Part shown: positions 58,101 through 64,000 of the stretch, in pieces
Position numbering within the stretch: position 1 is the stretch's first letter
Layout: each line of letters opens with the position of its first letter
DNA from: Cyanophora paradoxa CCMP329
Taxonomy: Eukaryota; Plantae; Glaucophyta
NCBI GenBank assembly: GCA_004431415.1
Contig: QPMI01000687.1
Location: forward strand, 1 to 64,000
Length of the DNA: 64,000 bases
Direction of reading: 5' to 3'
Position numbers and translations under genes: made by a program
Notes under the pieces: model-generated
Databases searched by the model: none
What the model saw: only the letters and a program-made list of their open reading frames with translations
Told to the model about the DNA's origin: nothing

Positions 58101-59647
58101 GCCGCCCCGCCCCCGCCCATCCCCCCACCCGCAGGAGCTCGCCCTCAACCGCGGGGCGCTTCTCGGGCCCCGCGCCCCGCTCCTCGCCTACGCGCGCTCC
58201 GGCGGCCACGCGGCGGCGGGGCCGGGCGGCAGCAGCGGGCGGGGGCAGGGGCGGCGAACAGCGAGGGGCGGCTGGTGCGGAACCCCAACGCGGGCGCCTC
58301 CGCCCAGTTCGTGCGCTCCTCCCGGCCCCCCGACCGCCCGCGCTGCGCGGGGCGCCCGAGGCCGGCCGCAGATCCGGCGGCGAGGCAAGGAGCGGGAGCT
58401 GCCCAAGTCGAAGCGCCTGTCGCGCCTCAAGCGCATCATCAACGCCGAGCGCGAGCGCCGCAGGCTCGCCGTCGCCGCCATCCCCGCCAGCCCCGCCCCC
58501 TCCGCCTTCTCCAAGGCCGCCGGCGGGGCGGGGGCGGGCGGCGGGGAGGCGGGGGAGGCGGGGCGGGAGGTGCCCGGGGGCTACTACACGGACGGCGACG
58601 CGGGGCTCCCCGCCGGCCCCTCGGGCGACTCCAGCGGCGAGGCGAGCGGGGGCGGCGCCCTCGCCCCACGCCGCCTGGGCCCCGGCGCAGCGGCCGGCGA
58701 GACGAGCGCCTCGGAGGCCTTCGACAGCGGCTCGGAGGCCGAGGCGCCCCCCGCCGGCCCCGCCCCCGGCCCCTGGGGCCCCCTCCACGCGCCCTTCCCC
58801 GCCGCCCGTCTGCCCCGCCCCCCGACTCCTTGGGCCCGCCCCGCCCCCGCCGCCCCGGGCCAGCCACCCTCCGGCCCGCCGCCGCCACCAGCAGCCGCGC
58901 AGCTGCCCCGCGAGTCGCCGTACCGCGAGTGCGTGTCGCCGGGCTGCAGCGGGGCCCGCTGGGCTGGGGGCGATGCGAGGGCCGGGGCGCAGGTACTGCT
59001 CGCAGGTGGTGAGCGGGGCGGTGAGCCGGGCGGCGGCCGCCCTCCTCGCGAAGCTCGTCGAGTTCCAGACGCGCCTCCGCACCCACGACCCCATCAACGT
59101 CCGCCCCGCCCCGCCCCGCCCCGCCGGGCGGCGCCGGGCCGGGGTGAGTGGAGGGCGGGGGCAGTACAAGCGGAAGAAGCGGTACGTGTGCGGGCTGCGG
59201 GAGGTGCAGCGGGGGGTGGAGGCGGGGCGGGTGCGCTGCTGCGTCGTGGCGCCCGACATCGAGCCCGTCGCCGCCCCGGGCGGCCTCGACGACATCCTCG
59301 CCGCTATCCTCGCCGCCTCCCGCGCCCGCGCCATCCCCGTCCGCCCCCCCGGCCCCCGGCCCCCGCCCCGCCGGCCCCCCTGACGCCCCCCAGGTCGTCT
59401 TCGCCCTCTCGCGAAACCGCCTGGGGCGCGCCCTCGGCAAGCGCATGAAGATGAGCGTCGTCGGCATCTACAACCCCGACGGGCCCGCCCCGCCCCGCCC
59501 CGGCGCCCCCCGCCCGCGCCGCCGACGGGGCGGGCGGGGCGCAGGGCGCACGAGCAGTACCGGGAGATGCTGACGCTGGCGGAGGCGGCCCGCGAGGAGT
59601 GGGCCGCCCGCGCCGCCGTCCTGCCCCCCGACCCCGCCCCCTCCTAG
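55176..59647 (+). CDS. SBP2: SECIS-binding protein 2 (L7Ae domain plus Sec-incorporation region) with long N-terminal extension
   Basis: RNPN...RRGKERELPKSKRLSRLKRIINAERE (K-rich/SID region). YREYCSQVVS...LLAKLVEFQTRL...KRYVCGLREV...VVAPDIE...GGLDD...IPVVFALSRNRLGRALGKRMKMSVVGIYNPDGA (SBP2 L7Ae). Frame continuity across 56300-58000 is inferred. Confidence 0.85.
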
Positions 59648-60257
59648 CTGTAGCTAGCCCCGGGCGGCAGCGCACGAAGAGGGAGTCCGTTCCGGTGTCA
59701 GTGGCGGGGCGGGGGCTTGCGGACCGGAGCTCGAGGTAGCCAAGTGACCATGGGCGAAGGCCTAGGTGTGGCCTGGTCTGGCGGCGGCGCGGGCCGGGGA
59801 GGGGCCGGGGCGGAGCTCGGCCCGGCGGGGCACCGCGGCGCCGCGACGAGCTTGCAATGGAAATTGCTGGCGAGGCGGCGCCGAGCCGGGAGCGCTCGAT
59901 CAATTGCCCGGGGGCGCTCGATCAATTGCGATGCTAGCGCCCGATGCAGAAAGGCACCTTGCGCGCGCGGCGCGGCGCTCAAGGCCGCCCATGGTGTGAG
60001 GGGCCGGCCGCGGGTGAGGAGAGCTCGATCGAGGGGGGTAGCGAGGGACAGTCCTAGCTGCCTCTACCCCCTCTGTGACTGGGACTCTTAGTCTGGGCGG
60101 ACCTCCGGCAACTCTTGCGTACACGCAGCTTCGGGAGTCCATTTGTTTTACACTGGCCATAGCGTAGAGCATCCGCGAGCCTGGGACGGCGCGATCTCGT
60201 AGCCTGCCGCTGCAGCTCCGACGTTAGCTTCGTTAGCTAGTTAGAGAGGCTCGCGAG

Positions 60258-61189
60258 ATGCCGCCGATCAGCAATGGCGAGCGCGAGTACATTGTGCGCG
60301 GTGCGGAGATGAACCTGCGATCGGACGGGCGCGGCTGCCTCGACTACCGATCTTTCTCGATCGAAACGGGCTTGTTAGCGCAAGCGAACGGCAGCGCGCG
60401 CGTGCGGCTCGCGCGGACGGACGTGCTGGTCGGCGTGAAGGCGGAGATAGCGAAGCCGGCGGAGGGGCGGCCCGACCGGGGCATGGTCGCGTGCGCCGTG
60501 GAGTGCTGCCCGACCGCCTCCGCCGAGTTCCAGGGGCGGCAGGCGGAGGAGATCAACGCGGAGCTGACGCGCGTGCTGGAGCAGCAGTTCGAGCACCCGA
60601 GCGCGCTGGACTACGCCTCGCTCTCCATCCAGCCGGGGAGGACGTGCTGGGTCCTCTTCATCGACGCCCTCGTGCTCGCCGCCGACGGGAACCTCGCCGA
60701 CGCGATCTCGGTGGCGGCGCGCGCGGCGCTGAGCAACACGCGGGTGCCGAAGATCGAGCTGGTGCCGGGAGACCGCCCCGGGGAGATGGAGATCGAGGTC
60801 AGCGACGACCCGCACGAGGCGGCGCCGGTGGGCGTGGCGAGCGTGCCCCTCTGCGTCACCCTCCACCGCATCGGCTCCCGCTACGTCGCCGACGCCACGC
60901 GCGAGGAGGAAGCCTGCTCCACCGCCCGCGTCCGCCCCCGCCCCCGCCCCGCGCCACTCCGCCGCGCCGGGGCGAGCGGGGCCGGGGGCAGGTGACGGTG
61001 GGGGTGGACGGGGAGGGGCAGGTGTGCGCCATGCACAAGCTGGGGGCGGGGGCGCTGGACCCGGCGTCGCTGGAGGGGATGCTGCAGACGGCGCGCCGGC
61101 TCGGCGCGGCCCTCATCAAGGCCCTCGACGCCTGCCTCGCCGCCGAGCGCCGCCTCGCCGACGCCCCCAAGGTCGCCTTCCTCTCCTGA
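60258..61189 (+). CDS. RRP42: Exosome complex component RRP42 (RNase PH family), 2 exons
   Basis: ISNGEREYIVRG..NLRSDGRGCLDYR, ETGLLAQANGSARVRL, TDVLVGVKAEI, CWVLFIDALVLAADGNLADAIS and DATREEE. Intron ~60930-60991. Confidence 0.94.
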
Positions 61190-61418
61190 CACCGCCCCCG
61201 CTCCCCCGCCCCGTGCCCCGCCCCGTGCCCCCGGCCCCTCCCGTCCCCGCCTCCCCCCCCCCCCCCCCCCCTCTGCCCCCTCTCTGCGAATGCATGTCTC
61301 AGCATCCGCCCCGCCGCCGCGGGCCCCGCTGAGAGAAGAGGGTTTGGACTATGAATCTGCTACACAAACTAGCCCTGCCTAGAAAGTACACGAGGGGCGC
61401 GAGGGCGCGAGGGCCTGC

Positions 61419-62559
61419 TCACGCTCCCGCCGGTCGCCCGATGTTTATCCTCTCGAGGGCGCCCTCGAGCTGCCGGCGGGCGCTGGTCACGCGACAGCGC
61501 GCGAAGGAAAGCAAGGGAGCAGGGGGTGGGGCACCCGCTTGGTGTGGTCGCTGGTGAGGGCCGTGGAGGAGAGGAGCTCGGGGACGGCGGCGGCGGTGTT
61601 GGCGGGGGAGACGCGGGGCAGGGCGAAGGTGCCGACGGTGAGCTCCTTCATCTGCGCGGCGCGCTGGCTGATCATCTTCTCCCGCTCCCCCGTCTCCTTC
61701 CCCTCCGGCGCTTGCGTGATGTCGATCATGCTCCTGCGGGCCGCCTCGGGGGGGGCGCCGAGGGGCGCCGGCGGGGGCCGCGGAGGGGCGGGGGCGGGGG
61801 CGCGCGGCGCACGCGACGGCGCGGTCGGAGATCTCCTTCAGCACGTCCTCCCGCGTCTTCTGCTTGGAGCCCTGCTGCTGCGCCTCCGCCCGCGAGCCCG
61901 CCGCCCCCCTTCCCTCCACGCCCCCGGCCCCCGACGGTCCTGGCCGGCCTCCGTCCACCATCGCCACGTCGGTCATGTTGAGCGGCTGCACCTGCGCGCG
62001 CCGGGCGCGGTGACGATGCGCGGGGTGGAAGCGGCGCCGCTCCGCGCACGTCTTTGTCCGATTCGAGGAACGCTCGGACAACAACGCTCGACGCGATTGC
62101 TTGCTGAATGAGCAACCCCTGCAAGTATGTATCCAGCTCGGCTGCGGCGCGCGGAGTGGGCGAGGTTCAATCTGAGGGCGCGCTAGCTAAACAGACGCAC
62201 CGCGGCGCTTCTGCACGAATGATGCCTCCATGGAATCGCCAAAGAAGCGCTTTCCAGGAAACTTCGGGATTCGAGGGAAGCGCTCCTTGAGCTGGGCGCC
62301 AGGGGTCGCGTCGAGTGCCCCGCGAGAATGCGCGGGGCGCGGACCTGGTCGTTGAACTCATCGAATTGACTGTATCGTTTGTACAGCCGCCAAGACGGCT
62401 CGGCGCCCTTCTTCACCTCCACGATGTACACCTTCGAAGTGCGCGTGGGCGGGCGCGCGGGCGGAAGGGTGCGGGAGGCCGCACTGTGTGTGCCTTCTTA
62501 GCATCGCGCACTGTCGCCGAGCCCACGATCTTCGCCGCGTACTCGACGTGCGCCGCCAT
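61419..62559 (-). CDS. PX-domain protein with LAMTOR1-like C-terminal region (3' end approximate)
   Basis: PX: VYIVEV..WRLYKRYSQFDEFNDQLKERF..PKFPGKRFFG..FVQKRR.ELDTYLQGLL..VVRAFL. C-terminus: REDVLKEISDRAVASMIDIT...ISQRAAQ...VPELLSSTAL...ALERINI. Confidence 0.8.
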
Positions 62560-62689
62560 CGCCAGCTGTACCCCAACTGCCAACAAAGCCCACTGTACCC
62601 CCGCAACCTCCGAATTGTTGAAGTCGAAGTCGCATACGAATCCACGTGCGATCACGATCGATTATTAGCAACAACCGCCCTCCCATGCC

Positions 62690-63287
62690 TAGGCCTGCGG
62701 CTTGCAGGCAAGCCCTTGAGCCAAGCCCTTGAGCCGGGCTGGGAGGTCAAGCCCTTGTCTGGCTTTTGGCCGGCTCAAGCCGGCTCAAGCCCTGAACGGG
62801 GAGGGGGGGGGAGGCGTCGGAGGGGGGTGCCGGACGCAGCTGGGCGCCTGCAGCGCATTTGAATCGGAGCTGATTATAAGCTTAAGATATAAGCCTGCGA
62901 CGGCAACGTTAACTAACATAAGAATCAACGGCCTGCAACGGCACGTACCCCCCGCGGCGCCGGCCAGCCACAGTGCGGCTGGCGCCTGCGTGCCACACGT
63001 GCATGCACGCGTTGGCGATTGCTATTATAATTTTATAAGAGTATATGTACATGTGTTTCTTCGTGAATTCGAAGCTTAAGCCAAATATAAGCATTGGGCT
63101 GCGGTGCGAAGGGCCTTCGGAACGGTACCCCCCCTTAGGCTTGCCGCAAGCCCGGCCAAGGGCTTGACCCGCTCGGGAGGCCAAGCCCTTGGGCCGGCCG
63201 GCCGGCCGGCTTGGCTTGGCTTGACCGCGAGGGCCCGGGGCTTGGCTTGGCTTAAGCCGACTTTTTGGCCGGCAAGCCGCACCCCTA
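62690..63287. mobile_element. Non-autonomous hAT-type DNA transposon (MITE), 598 bp
   Basis: Perfect 8-bp TSD CCCATGCC (62682-62689 and 63288-63295). Imperfect TIRs TAGGCCTGCGGCTTGCAGGC / GCCGGCAAGCCGCACCCCTA. Many subterminal AAGCC/GGCTT motifs; no transposase. Confidence 0.9.
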
Positions 63288-64000
63288 CCCATGCCTCCGC
63301 AGCCGCGTTTATCGATGATGATGGTTAGATTCCTGCAAAATTCCGAGCAGCGACCGGCGACGGTAGTAGCTAGCTATGGCCAAGCTCGCCGCAAAGTCAC
63401 ACCTTGGGCCCTTGACGTCGCCTTCAGCTTCCATTCCTCGGCCTTCGAATCTCGCCAAGGCTTTCGTCATCTGCATGCCATGATGCGTACGAAGCGCAAA
63501 CCTTATGATCAACGTGCGCAACCCTAGGCCTAGGCCTCGGCGCGGCCAGCCGCGGGTTTCGACGCGACACGCTAGCTATAGCTTCCCTCAGCTGCAGAGT
63601 CCTTCACTCAACGGGGCGCGGCGCGAGCTCGCCTGCAGGTGCAGTCCTAAGTTGATGCGCATGCGCACGTTGTCTCGAAGACACGCGCTTCGCCACCGCA
63701 GCCGCGGCTCCGGCGGGGCCGGAGGTTAACGTTCGTGGCGTGCCACGGTGTGCCCTTAAAGCTTCCGAGTGACACCAGTCCCGAATCCTTGGCTTATGAG
63801 ACGTGCAGAAGGCTTGGAGAGCAACAGACGGGGCTAGGCTCCGGATCCTATCGGAGCGTGCGCGTCGCTCATCTCGGACATCGATCACCGGACCACGCGC
63901 GCCGGGCGCCGATCCGCGAGCGTTTGGCGCGCCGTCGCCGAACCTGGGCCCAAACGTTGACGTTGACCGGATGCCGGCGGCCTTCGAAGCGGTGGGAGCG

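Noticed and set aside
63300-64000. Coding gene at the right edge
   Set aside because: Only short ORFs with no recognisable motif. A possible start (MPAAFEAVGA at ~63971) is cut off by the window end.

Overview
Eukaryotic nuclear DNA: very GC-rich and gene-dense, with many short (~50-70 nt) spliceosomal introns. The supplied ORF track is therefore mostly fragments or GC-rich artefacts, and I rebuilt the genes by hand-splicing. Two plastid-type genes (dapF, a thioredoxin f-like gene) start with 'MAF...' transit peptides. Together with the intron style this points to a glaucophyte alga such as Cyanophora (inference). Bases 1-10.5 kb are a degraded mobile region: an intron-containing Ginger-like rve integrase with CXC and SAP domains, a convergent passenger gene, a 47-bp tandem array, a gag-like remnant and a 187-bp direct-repeat pair. 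Bases 10.9-62.6 kb hold about 17 host genes, mostly in head-to-head pairs: dapF, UFD1, HOOK, a DMT transporter, TRIAP1/MDM35, cathepsin X, DUF3326, a CHCH-like protein, RSL1D1, a SEL1-repeat protein, an 11-kb hybrid kinase/AAA/GAF/PAS histidine kinase, MOB, thioredoxin, an L-type lectin, SBP2, RRP42 and a PX protein. A hAT MITE with an 8-bp TSD lies at 62.7-63.3 kb. The strongest novel signal is an RNase MRP RNA gene (15399-15684, minus strand). It appears to sit inside an intron of a spliced non-coding host transcript and lacks Pol III signals. Other leads: a PX-LAMTOR1-like fusion, an SBP2 with an Xrn1-like domain and a PAM2 motif, very frequent GC-AG introns, and a periodic G/C-skew oscillation phased to the introns. 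All homology calls come from remembered family motifs, not from database searches. Several internal exon boundaries are approximate because of probable homopolymer indel errors.
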